Of a stretch of DNA of 14,819 nucleotides, positions 8,119 to 14,819 are shown in pieces. A program made the translations under genes and the position numbers. Source of the DNA: Armatimonadota bacterium (GTDB lineage Bacteria > Armatimonadota > Armatimonadia > Armatimonadales > Armatimonadaceae); NCBI GenBank assembly GCA_043754515.1, contig JAYUUO010000080.1, positions 1 to 14,819 on the forward strand, read 5' to 3'. The stretch's first letter is position 1; the number at the start of each line of letters is the position of its first letter. The notes beneath the pieces were generated by a model that saw only the letters and a list, made by a program, of their open reading frames with translations, ran no database searches and had not been told where the DNA came from.

Positions 8119-9675
8119 TTATCCGCGTCCGAATGGGAACCCGCCGAACCTCGGCCCGCCCCCCGGATTCCCGCCACCACCCTGACTCCCACTCCCGCCA
8201 CCCGTGTTGCTTTTGCGCTTCACGATCGCGCCGCTTCCGGGGAGGCGCGGGGCACCGGGGATGCCGCGCTGCGGCGGTTTCATCCCTGGTATCGGCGGCA
8301 TACCACCGGGCATGCCGGGCATTTGGCCGTTCGCTAACCCCTGCATCATCTGACGCATGTCGTCGAACTTCTTCAGTGCCTCGTTCACCTCAGAGACAGG
8401 TACCGACGCCCCGCCCGCGATCCGCTTGCGCCGCGAACCATTGATAAGTTCGGGGCGTCTGCGCTCTTCTTTCGTCATGGACTTGACAATCGCCTCGAAC
8501 CGCGCCATCTCTCTCTCGCCCTCCGAGAAGTCAACGTCTTTCATCGCGGAACCCACGCCGGGGATCATCTTGAGCAGTTCCTGGATCGGGCCGAGCTTGC
8601 GCATCTGTTGCATCTGCGCCAGGAAGTCCTCGAAGTCGAACTTGCCCTGCATCAACTTTTTTTCCATCTGCGCCGCTTGCTTCTCGTCGAAGGCGGACTC
8701 CGCCTTCTCGATCAGCGACATCACGTCGCCCATGCCCAGAATCCGCGACGCGGCGCGGTCGGGGTAGAACGGCTCCAGGGCTTCGAGTTTTTCGCCGACG
8801 CCGATGAACTTGATCGGCTTGCCGACCACGGAGCGGATCGAGATCGCCGCGCCGCCGCGCGTGTCTCCATCCATTTTCGTCATCACGAAGCCGCCGACAT
8901 CGAGCGCGCCGTCGAACTCCTTGGCGACATTCACCGCGTCCTGCCCCGTCATCGCGTCCAACACGAGTAGCGTCTCGGTCGGATTTGTCGCCGCCCGGAT
9001 CGCCTTCAACTCATCCATCAGCGTCTCATCAATGTGCAGACGCCCGGCCGTGTCCAGGATCAGCACATCCGCTTTCTTCTCCAGTGCCCACGCCTTCGCA
9101 TCGGTCGCGATCCGCACCGGGTCGGTCGAACCGGGGATCGTGAACACCGGTGCCTTGACCTGCTCGCCGACGATCTGTAGCTGCTTGATGGCGGCCGGCC
9201 GCTGGACGTCGCACGCGGCGAGCACGACTTGCTTGCCTTGCTTGCGCAGGAATCCAGCCATCTTCGCCGCGAGCGTGGTCTTGCCCGCGCCCTGCAACCC
9301 GCAGAGCATGATCACGGAAAGGCCCTTCGGCGCGAGCACGAGCGCGGACGGCTGGTTCTTGTCCTGTAACCCGGTGGCGGTTACCACCGGCGTGCCCCCC
9401 GTCGCGTCCGCCCCGGCGAGGAGTTTGACCATCTCCTCGTGGACGATCTTGACCACCTGGTGCCCCGGGTTCAGCCCTTCGAGTACGTGGCCGCCGATCG
9501 CCTGTTCTTTAACGCGGGCGATGAACTCTTTGACCACGCGGAAGTTGACGTCGGCTTCGAGCAGGGCGATGCGCACCTCCCGCAACGCGACATCCACGTC
9601 GGCTTCGGTCAGTTTCCGGTCGCCGCGCAGTTTCTTGAACGCTTCCTGAAGTTTTTCGGCTAATCCCTCGAACAT
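8119..9675 (-). CDS. ffh: Signal recognition particle protein Ffh
   Basis: ALLEADV, GLQGAGKTT (P-loop), DVQRPAA, DTAGR, TKMDGDTRGGAA, Met-rich M domain and SRRKRIA.G. Start reassigned to ATG 9675 (MFEGLAEKLQ). Confidence 0.98.
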   Translation of the reverse strand: MFEGLAEKLQEAFKKLRGDRKLTEADVDVALREVRIALLEADVNFRVVKEFIARVKEQAIGGHVLEGLNPGHQVVKIVHEEMVKLLAGADATGGTPVVTATGLQDKNQPSALVLAPKGLSVIMLCGLQGAGKTTLAAKMAGFLRKQGKQVVLAACDVQRPAAIKQLQIVGEQVKAPVFTIPGSTDPVRIATDAKAWALEKKADVLILDTAGRLHIDETLMDELKAIRAATNPTETLLVLDAMTGQDAVNVAKEFDGALDVGGFVMTKMDGDTRGGAAISIRSVVGKPIKFIGVGEKLEALEPFYPDRAASRILGMGDVMSLIEKAESAFDEKQAAQMEKKLMQGKFDFEDFLAQMQQMRKLGPIQELLKMIPGVGSAMKDVDFSEGEREMARFEAIVKSMTKEERRRPELINGSRRKRIAGGASVPVSEVNEALKKFDDMRQMMQGLANGQMPGMPGGMPPIPGMKPPQRGIPGAPRLPGSGAIVKRKSNTGGGSGSQGGGGNPGGGPRFGGFPFGRG

Positions 9676-9740
9676 GGTTTGCTTCGTCTTTCCAAAAGTA
9701 TAGAGCGCGGGTAGCGGAACACGCGGCGACATAGACACAC

Positions 9741-9771
9741 AAAAGCCCGCGCCCGATGCACGGGACGGGCT
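9741..9771 (-). terminator. Terminator-like hairpin inside the ffh 5' leader
   Basis: Minus strand AGCCCGtCCCG-tgcat-CGGGcgCGGGCT followed by TTTgTgTg; it lies between the promoter and the ffh start. Confidence 0.55.
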
Positions 9772-9827
9772 ACGCGAGAACGTCGCCGGTTCGGAATCCG
9801 CTACCGGCGCGGGACGGAATAACGGTC

Positions 9828-9856
9828 AGTGTACCGCGCCCGAATCCCGCTGTCAA
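9828..9856 (-). promoter_or_regulatory. Sigma70-type promoter of the ffh operon
   Basis: Minus strand TTGACA-17 nt-TACACT. Confidence 0.8.
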
Positions 9857-9940
9857 AGCACCGAGCCAGGCGGCAGGATGTTGGCATTTTAAGCGGATAG
9901 AATACACGGCAGGAACGATAGTACAGGCAGGCGACCAAGA

Positions 9941-10879
9941 ATGACTCTAAGATATTTGGAAACGAGAACACGAAGGGTACTGATCGCGTTGCTCTTCGTA
10001 ACCATCCTCCGGACCGGGTCGCCCGTCCAGGCACGCCAGGTCGGCGGCGCGACAGCCGCCCCGACGATCTTTATATCGGGGGAGCTGGAAGTGCCGGTTT
10101 CACGCCCCGCGCGAATAACGCTCACGGGCAGCTCGGTCCGCCAAATCCGGCTGCGGGTCTTCCCTGTAGACCCGCTCGCGCTCTTGCGGGCGGAGCGGCA
10201 CGCGTACGGTGCCGGGGCGGAAGACCCATACGGATTGCACCCGCGCGACGATGCGGGAGATATGGAAGCCGACTTACGCGCCCTGATCCAGGCGACACGC
10301 CCCGCCCTCGTCGTCACCGCTACAATGCACCCCGAATCGGACGACTCTTTCACACAGGTCGTGCCGCTCTCCCTGACCGGAACCGGGGCATATGTAGTAG
10401 TGGCGGACGGGGACGGCGGCAAGGCTCGGGCGGTCGGCCTGCTCTTGCGCACCGACCTCCGGGTCACCCGCCGAGCCGCGCCGAAGCGGCAGGGCGGCTT
10501 CGTGTATCAGGTGACGGATTCACGAACAGGGCGGCGCAAACCCGGCGTCACTCTGTTTACGCGGGATGCGTACGCGCTGACCTGGGCGTTCAAACTGTCA
10601 CCGAGCCGGGGCGAACTGCCCCAACCGCAACCACTCGATTCCATCCCCGCGCCCAAGTTCCGCTACCTTGATGCGACGGGCGTGACGGACGCGAAGGGGC
10701 GATGGCGAAATCCGCGCGCTCCGTTCACGGGGCAGGGAGAACAAGTCTCGCTCGCGGCGGGAACGCCGATGGTGACGGACGGCTTCCGATACGCCTATAG
10801 CCAGACAGTCACGGTATCCGGGAAGCATTTCGGCGTGGTCGCTGGCGGCTTTTGGGAGGTGAGGCAAAAAAAGCGGTGA
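9941..10879 (+). CDS. Secreted hypothetical protein, weakly reminiscent of alpha-2-macroglobulin MG domains
   Basis: Basic plus hydrophobic N-terminus with a VQA cleavage-like site; beta-rich segments GAYVVVA...LLLRTDLRVT...VYQVTDSRTGRRKPGVTL...GVTDAKGRW. Confidence 0.55.
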   Translation: MTLRYLETRTRRVLIALLFVTILRTGSPVQARQVGGATAAPTIFISGELEVPVSRPARITLTGSSVRQIRLRVFPVDPLALLRAERHAYGAGAEDPYGLHPRDDAGDMEADLRALIQATRPALVVTATMHPESDDSFTQVVPLSLTGTGAYVVVADGDGGKARAVGLLLRTDLRVTRRAAPKRQGGFVYQVTDSRTGRRKPGVTLFTRDAYALTWAFKLSPSRGELPQPQPLDSIPAPKFRYLDATGVTDAKGRWRNPRAPFTGQGEQVSLAAGTPMVTDGFRYAYSQTVTVSGKHFGVVAGGFWEVRQKKR

Positions 10880-10931
10880 TGTTCGGGACGCCACGCCCGG
10901 ACGGCGGCGGGCGCGGCGCGAACGTTTCGCC

Positions 10932-10961
10932 TTGACAAGTGGCAAGCACGGCGGTTACACT
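10932..10961 (+). promoter_or_regulatory. Sigma70-type promoter of fba
   Basis: TTGACA-18 nt-TACACT. Confidence 0.75.
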
Positions 10962-11019
10962 ACGAACGATTGAAACGTTTTTCAACACGCATTTACCTCA
11001 GGAGCGTACGACCACACCG

Positions 11020-11976
11020 ATGATTGTCCCGACAAAAAAACTGTTCGCCCATGCCTACGGCAAATATGCCCTCGGAGCCTACAATATCAACAACTCCGAG
11101 CAGATCATGGGACTTTTCCGGGGCTGTATTGACAGCAAAGCCCCGTTTATTATCCAGATTTCCAAAGGTGCCCGCAGCTACACCGACAAGCGGATGCTGG
11201 AAGCGATGATCCGCGCCGCCGCCGACATTTTCCCGGACGCGGTGTTCGCGGTGCATCTCGACCACGGCGATGAGCAGACCTGCTACGAGTGCATCGAATC
11301 GGGCTTCTACTCGTCGGTGATGATTGACGCGTCCCACGACCCGTTCGCCGAGAACGTCGCCGCGACGAAGCGCGTCGTGACCGCCGCGCACGCGAAGGGC
11401 ATCTCGGTCGAGGCCGAACTTGGCATGCTCGGCGGCGTCGAGGAAGACATCAAGGTGGACGAGAAGAACGCGAACCTGACCGACCCCATTGAGGCTAAAG
11501 ATTTCGTCGCGCAGAGCGGTTGTGACTCGCTCGCGTGCGCCATCGGCACCTCGCACGGCGCGTACAAGTTCGCGGGCGGGCAGGGGATCCACTTCGACCG
11601 GGTAAAGGCGATCCAGGATCTGCTCCCCGGCGTGCCACTCGTGATGCACGGCTCGTCCAGCGTCCCGCAAGAGGAAGTCGCGCGTATTAACGCGGCGGGC
11701 GGCGACATTAAAGGCGCGAAGGGGGTGGATGCGAATCAGTACCTCCCCGCCGCCAAGCTCGGCGTCTGCAAGGTCAACATTGACACCGACGGGCGTCTGG
11801 TCTGGACGCGCGTCCACCGCGAGTTCTTCCGCGACAAGCCGACCGAGTTCGATCTGCGCCCGCCGGGCAAGATATTCATGGCCGAATACGCGAAGTTCAT
11901 CGCGTCGCGCAACGTGCTTTTAGGGTCGGCGGGGCAACTCGACGACGTGCGCGACTTTGTAAGCACCATCGCGTAG
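11020..11976 (+). CDS. fba: Class II fructose-bisphosphate aldolase
   Basis: ALGAYNINN.E, VHLDHG, SSVMIDAS, VEAELG, AIGTSHGAYK, LVMHGSS and KVNIDTD. ATG 11020 is chosen because GTG 10939 lies within the promoter; AGGAG at 11000-11004. Confidence 0.95.
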   Translation: MIVPTKKLFAHAYGKYALGAYNINNSEQIMGLFRGCIDSKAPFIIQISKGARSYTDKRMLEAMIRAAADIFPDAVFAVHLDHGDEQTCYECIESGFYSSVMIDASHDPFAENVAATKRVVTAAHAKGISVEAELGMLGGVEEDIKVDEKNANLTDPIEAKDFVAQSGCDSLACAIGTSHGAYKFAGGQGIHFDRVKAIQDLLPGVPLVMHGSSSVPQEEVARINAAGGDIKGAKGVDANQYLPAAKLGVCKVNIDTDGRLVWTRVHREFFRDKPTEFDLRPPGKIFMAEYAKFIASRNVLLGSAGQLDDVRDFVSTIA

Positions 11977-12011
11977 CCCGTCGCTCCTGGAGCCGAAAAT
12001 TAGAGCCGAAT

Positions 12012-12050
12012 GCCCCCGACTTCCGCGGAAGTCGGGGGCGTTGTGTTTGT
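12012..12050 (+). terminator. fba terminator
   Basis: Perfect 28-bp palindrome GCCCCCGACTTCCG|CGGAAGTCGGGGGC (12012-12039) followed by GTTGTGTTTGT. Confidence 0.8.
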
Positions 12051-12057
12051 GCTAGCG

Positions 12058-12066
12058 CGGTATAAT
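12058..12066 (+). promoter_or_regulatory. -10 box for a leaderless DUF4365 transcript
   Basis: cggTATAAT, 6 nt before GTG 12073; no Shine-Dalgarno. Confidence 0.6.
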
Positions 12067-12072
12067 AGGCGC

Positions 12073-12531
12073 GTGAGCCTTCTGACGAAGCGGCGTACCC
12101 GCGAACACGTGATCGCCGACCTGTCCGTCAACCACGCGGAACGGGCGTTTCTGCTCGCCGGACATACCAGTAATCGCGTTTTCGCCAACTACGGCTACGA
12201 CATGATTATAAGCACCTTCGACGACGAGGGGCGTTTGGAATCGGGTTTGATTTACGTACAGATGAAGGCGAGTGACGTGCCCGACTATTCACACGGCGGC
12301 GACTTCCTGACCACGCGCGTAGACGAGCGCGACGACGCGCTGTGGTCACGGGAAGATTATCCGGTCGCGCTTATTGTCTACGACGCCGCGAAGGACATCG
12401 CGCTTTATGTTCATTACCAGAATCTGACGCGGACAACACGCCGTAGTGTTCGGATTCCGACAACAGGCCGTTTCGATATTGCGGCAGTACGACAACTGCG
12501 CGACGCCAAGAACGCCGCGGCGAAGGGATAA
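12073..12531 (+). CDS. DUF4365-domain protein (PD-(D/E)xK / restriction-endonuclease-like fold)
   Basis: KRRTREHVIADLSVNH.ER, NYGYD, G.IYVQMKASD, W.....PVALIVYDA and SVRIP. Start reassigned to GTG 12073 because the longer ORF runs through the fba terminator. Confidence 0.75.
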   Translation: MSLLTKRRTREHVIADLSVNHAERAFLLAGHTSNRVFANYGYDMIISTFDDEGRLESGLIYVQMKASDVPDYSHGGDFLTTRVDERDDALWSREDYPVALIVYDAAKDIALYVHYQNLTRTTRRSVRIPTTGRFDIAAVRQLRDAKNAAAKG

Positions 12532-12537
12532 ATCGGG

Positions 12538-12810
12538 ATGACGACTATTGACTGGTTGCACTACGACGCGCTGTTTTCCGTTATCCGCGCACACGGATTC
12601 ACCGCGCGGCCCCTCCCTTCCGGCGGCACGCGCTTTGTCCATCCGGACGGCGCGGAACTCGCGTTCCCTGCTATGGATCCGGGTCAGCCGGTGGTGAACT
12701 ACCATTACGGCGCGGCGCAAACCATTATGACGAACTACGGCATCATGACGCGTGACGCTTTCGAACTCGCGCTTTTGCAGGCCGCCCACCGGCTTCCGGT
12801 GTCCGTCTGA
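12538..12810 (+). CDS. Small HicA-like (dsRBD-type fold) protein
   Basis: 90 aa with pattern helix-GF-(SGG)-RFVHP-G-LAFP-helix-GIM; 6 nt downstream of the DUF4365 gene, with AAGGGA RBS. Confidence 0.55.
   Translation: MTTIDWLHYDALFSVIRAHGFTARPLPSGGTRFVHPDGAELAFPAMDPGQPVVNYHYGAAQTIMTNYGIMTRDAFELALLQAAHRLPVSV
12742..12810 (+). repeat. 69-bp direct repeat, copy 1 (3' end of the HicA-like gene)
   Basis: 62/69 identical to 14180-14248. Confidence 0.9.
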
Positions 12811-12843
12811 ACTCACTGCCCCGTTTCGCCGAAGTATGGGCGG

Positions 12844-13545
12844 CTACAAAGAAATACCGTATCCTTGTCCCGCGTCCCGCTCCCTGTCCACGACAAACCG
12901 TTTGCCGTCATTGTCGTACGCCACGACATGCACCGCCAACGATTCGGCGGGAATGCCAGTGTCGGGAAACCAGATGCGTCCCTTCGGTACGAGTATAAGC
13001 AAACCATTCGCATCCCCGAGCGCGGTGAAGGTTGGACTCGGATCACCGTACACGGGGGTTCCGGTCGCGTCTTGCATTTCCGCCACCAGGGTGGGAACAT
13101 CGTCCGTAGGCAGTGCGATCTCACAAACATTTAGAATCTCGTCTGGCGAAAACGGTAGGTCGGTTTTAATCGCCGCGTTCGGCAACTCGTGCCGTGCGAT
13201 AAACTCGGCGATGTTGCCCGCCGGGTCGTAGAAGTAGATCGTGTGCGCGTTCCAGAAATCGAAGTCAAACACAGCCTCACCGCTTGAATCGGCGAGGAGC
13301 GTAACGCCCCGCGTTTCGAGGAACTGTTTCGCCGCGTTCAAACGATTCTCCGGGATGTTGAAGGCGTAGTGATAGACCCCTGAGAACCCAGGCGACGCAC
13401 GATATCGTAGTACCGACGCGCCAGCGGTCACGGTGATAAAACCACCGGCGTCATCCATTTCCGTCGGCAAGCCGAGAACTTCGCCGTAAAAGTGACGCAG
13501 GGTGTTGAGGTCAGCGGTATGAAGTTCCAACATTTTTATGTTCAC
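12844..13545 (-). CDS. Two-domain VOC/glyoxalase family protein
   Basis: LELHTADL..LRHFYGEVLGL, YHYAFNIPEN and IYFYDPAGNIAEFIAR, then a second VOC-like half. Confidence 0.85.
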   Translation of the reverse strand: MNIKMLELHTADLNTLRHFYGEVLGLPTEMDDAGGFITVTAGASVLRYRASPGFSGVYHYAFNIPENRLNAAKQFLETRGVTLLADSSGEAVFDFDFWNAHTIYFYDPAGNIAEFIARHELPNAAIKTDLPFSPDEILNVCEIALPTDDVPTLVAEMQDATGTPVYGDPSPTFTALGDANGLLILVPKGRIWFPDTGIPAESLAVHVVAYDNDGKRFVVDRERDAGQGYGISL

Positions 13546-13660
13546 TTGGGTACATTTCTATATTTCGGCATATATTTCTAGCAGATTACTCGCCGGGTCG
13601 CGGGAGAATAAGGTGCGATCACCGTAATCATGGTCGCGCGGTGGTTTGAAATTGTTCCAC

Positions 13661-14042
13661 CATTTGCGGCACGCGCTTCCAAGTTGACGCACTGGCGGCG
13701 GGCGATATCGGGCGCGGCATCATTGAACCAGCGGGTCACGGGCGCTATATTCTGTCGCGACGTTTCTATGACTTTCTGGAACAAAAAGGCACGTATACAA
13801 GAAAAGTAGGTTTAGATAAAGATACCAATAAGTCACTTCTTCTCAAGCACATTGTGGCGAATAACCAGTTCGGGAGTCGGCTGAAAGAATTGGGACAGGT
13901 GTTACCTGGACTTTCCACGAGACAGGTACAATACTTGCTTACCACACTCAAGAGCGAACAGCGTATCATCTCGACCGGCATGGGCGGGACCGGACGATGG
14001 TTCGTTGCTGATGCACTAAACGTTGAACAATCAGCAAAATAA
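13661..14042 (+). pseudogene. 5'-truncated fragment resembling the C-terminal wHTH region of AlbA_2(Schlafen)/HATPase_c_4 ATP-binding regulators
   Basis: The frame of ORF 13854 is open back to 13650 without an ATG and reads GIIEPAGHGRYILSRRFYDFLEQKGTYTRKVGLDKDTNKSLLLKHI...LGQVLPGLSTRQVQYLLTTLKSEQRI...GRWF. HLRHALPS* lies upstream in another frame. AT-richer than the host genes. Confidence 0.6.
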
Positions 14043-14060
14043 ATTGTTCAACGTTTTGTT
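14018..14060 (+). terminator. AT-rich 14-bp inverted repeat at the end of the fragment
   Basis: AAACGTTGAACAAT-11 nt-ATTGTTCAACGTTT followed by TGTTTG. Confidence 0.45.
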
Positions 14061-14179
14061 TGATTACACATATTTTTTGCATCATCAAATCTTATTAAAT
14101 ATTATTTATTAACTTTTATATTTAGTCACTTCAGAATCAGCGTTTGATCAACCTACACGGAACGCATGGGAAAATTCAT

Positions 14180-14248
14180 ATCATGACGCCTGACGCGTTC
14201 GAACTCGCTCTGTTGCAGGCCGCGCACAGGCTTCCGGTGTCCGCCTGA
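14180..14248 (+). pseudogene. 69-bp direct repeat, copy 2: orphan 3' end of a HicA-like gene
   Basis: Encodes IMTPDAFELALLQAAHRLPVSA* versus IMTRDAFELALLQAAHRLPVSV*; similarity stops abruptly upstream of 14180. Confidence 0.85.
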
Positions 14249-14284
14249 GTTGCCCGTCTCGCCACGACGCCCTTGTTTAACCGC

Positions 14285-14734
14285 ATGACAACCGAACCAG
14301 CCCCCGCGCCCCTGCCAGTCCCGTGGCTTCATGATGCCACCGATGTAGCGGCCACGTCTCCTGCGCAGGCGTGGTCGAACCCCGAACTCGCGCCCGTGCA
14401 CCTCGTGGTGCGCTTTCGCCATACCGTAACCGACTTCCGCCGCGCCATCTATGCGCATGCCTTGCGACAACTGTGCTTCATGGGCGTCGTAATGCTCGTT
14501 CTTTGTGGCCTACTCGTAGGATTTACGCTAGCTTTGGCGTCGTCGCAACAGGTGCCAGGTGCGCACCATCCGGTGCTCCTGCCTTTTATAATAACAACAT
14601 TGATACCCGTGTTTGTTGCGCCGCTGGCGATCACAGCGAGCGGGATGGCGGTAGCCTACACCCTCACGCCGCTCGTGGAGCGGTTCGGAAAGCCCGTGGC
14701 ATATAGGATCTCTCAGGAGGGAGTGCGGGTCTGA
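14285..14734 (+). CDS. Hypothetical two-TM membrane protein (YcxB-like, possibly truncated)
   Basis: VRFRHTVTDFRRA before two hydrophobic helices; it ends at YRISQEGVRV, which resembles the start of a YcxB-type soluble domain. Confidence 0.5.
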   Translation: MTTEPAPAPLPVPWLHDATDVAATSPAQAWSNPELAPVHLVVRFRHTVTDFRRAIYAHALRQLCFMGVVMLVLCGLLVGFTLALASSQQVPGAHHPVLLPFIITTLIPVFVAPLAITASGMAVAYTLTPLVERFGKPVAYRISQEGVRV

Positions 14735-14819
14735 TCCCGGTTCAGCGCACGGGGCGACGACGCAACACTAGGAAGACCACCGGTAGCGCGGGGATGAGTA
14801 ATGCCAGTGCCGACGGTTC

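Noticed and set aside
8357..9649. Long plus-strand ORFs (e.g. 8804..9649, 281 aa) opposite ffh
   Set aside because: Antisense shadows of a GC-rich conserved gene, with no recognisable motifs.
7946..9900. SRP (4.5S) RNA gene near ffh
   Set aside because: Apart from one GGAA-loop hairpin, the conserved CAGG...GGAA...AGCA domain IV signature was not found.
10881..10923. Imperfect GC-rich hairpin after the secreted-protein gene
   Set aside because: The stem is bulged and the U-tract weak; it could be a terminator but is not distinguishable from chance in high-GC DNA.
10993..11817. 274-aa minus-strand ORF opposite fba
   Set aside because: Antisense shadow of fba.
12012..12039. 28-bp perfect palindrome as a CRISPR repeat, REP or IS end
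   Set aside because: Single copy in the window, located right after fba and followed by a T-rich tract, so a terminator explains it.
13578..13784. 68-aa minus-strand ORF upstream of the VOC gene
   Set aside because: It overlaps the plus-strand pseudogene fragment, which has the more protein-like sequence.
14732..14819. TGA readthrough or selenocysteine in the last ORF
   Set aside because: The in-frame continuation is short, not family-like, and lacks a redox context or convincing SECIS.

Overview
High-GC bacterial chromosomal window, likely Terrabacteria (Armatimonadota-like is a guess from gene order and protein style). The core is a minus-strand housekeeping cluster ffh-rpsP-khpA-rimM-trmD-rplS-lepB, with a sigma70-type promoter, an attenuator-like ffh leader and structured intergenic regions. 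To its left lie tandem NrdR-box-like sites, a small SMI1/KNR4-like ORF, a sugar-phosphate isomerase/epimerase, a zinc-ribbon membrane protein, a K+-channel-family protein and a VOC protein. To its right lie a secreted hypothetical protein and class II fructose-bisphosphate aldolase. Next comes an accessory block: a probably leaderless DUF4365 (PD-(D/E)xK-like) + HicA-fold gene pair, which is a candidate unconventional toxin-antitoxin/defence module. The last 69 bp of the HicA-like gene recur 1.37 kb downstream, bracketing a VOC gene and a truncated AlbA_2/HATPase_c_4-type regulator fragment. No rRNA, tRNA, CRISPR array, transposase or integrase was seen. All family calls come from motif recognition, not database searches.
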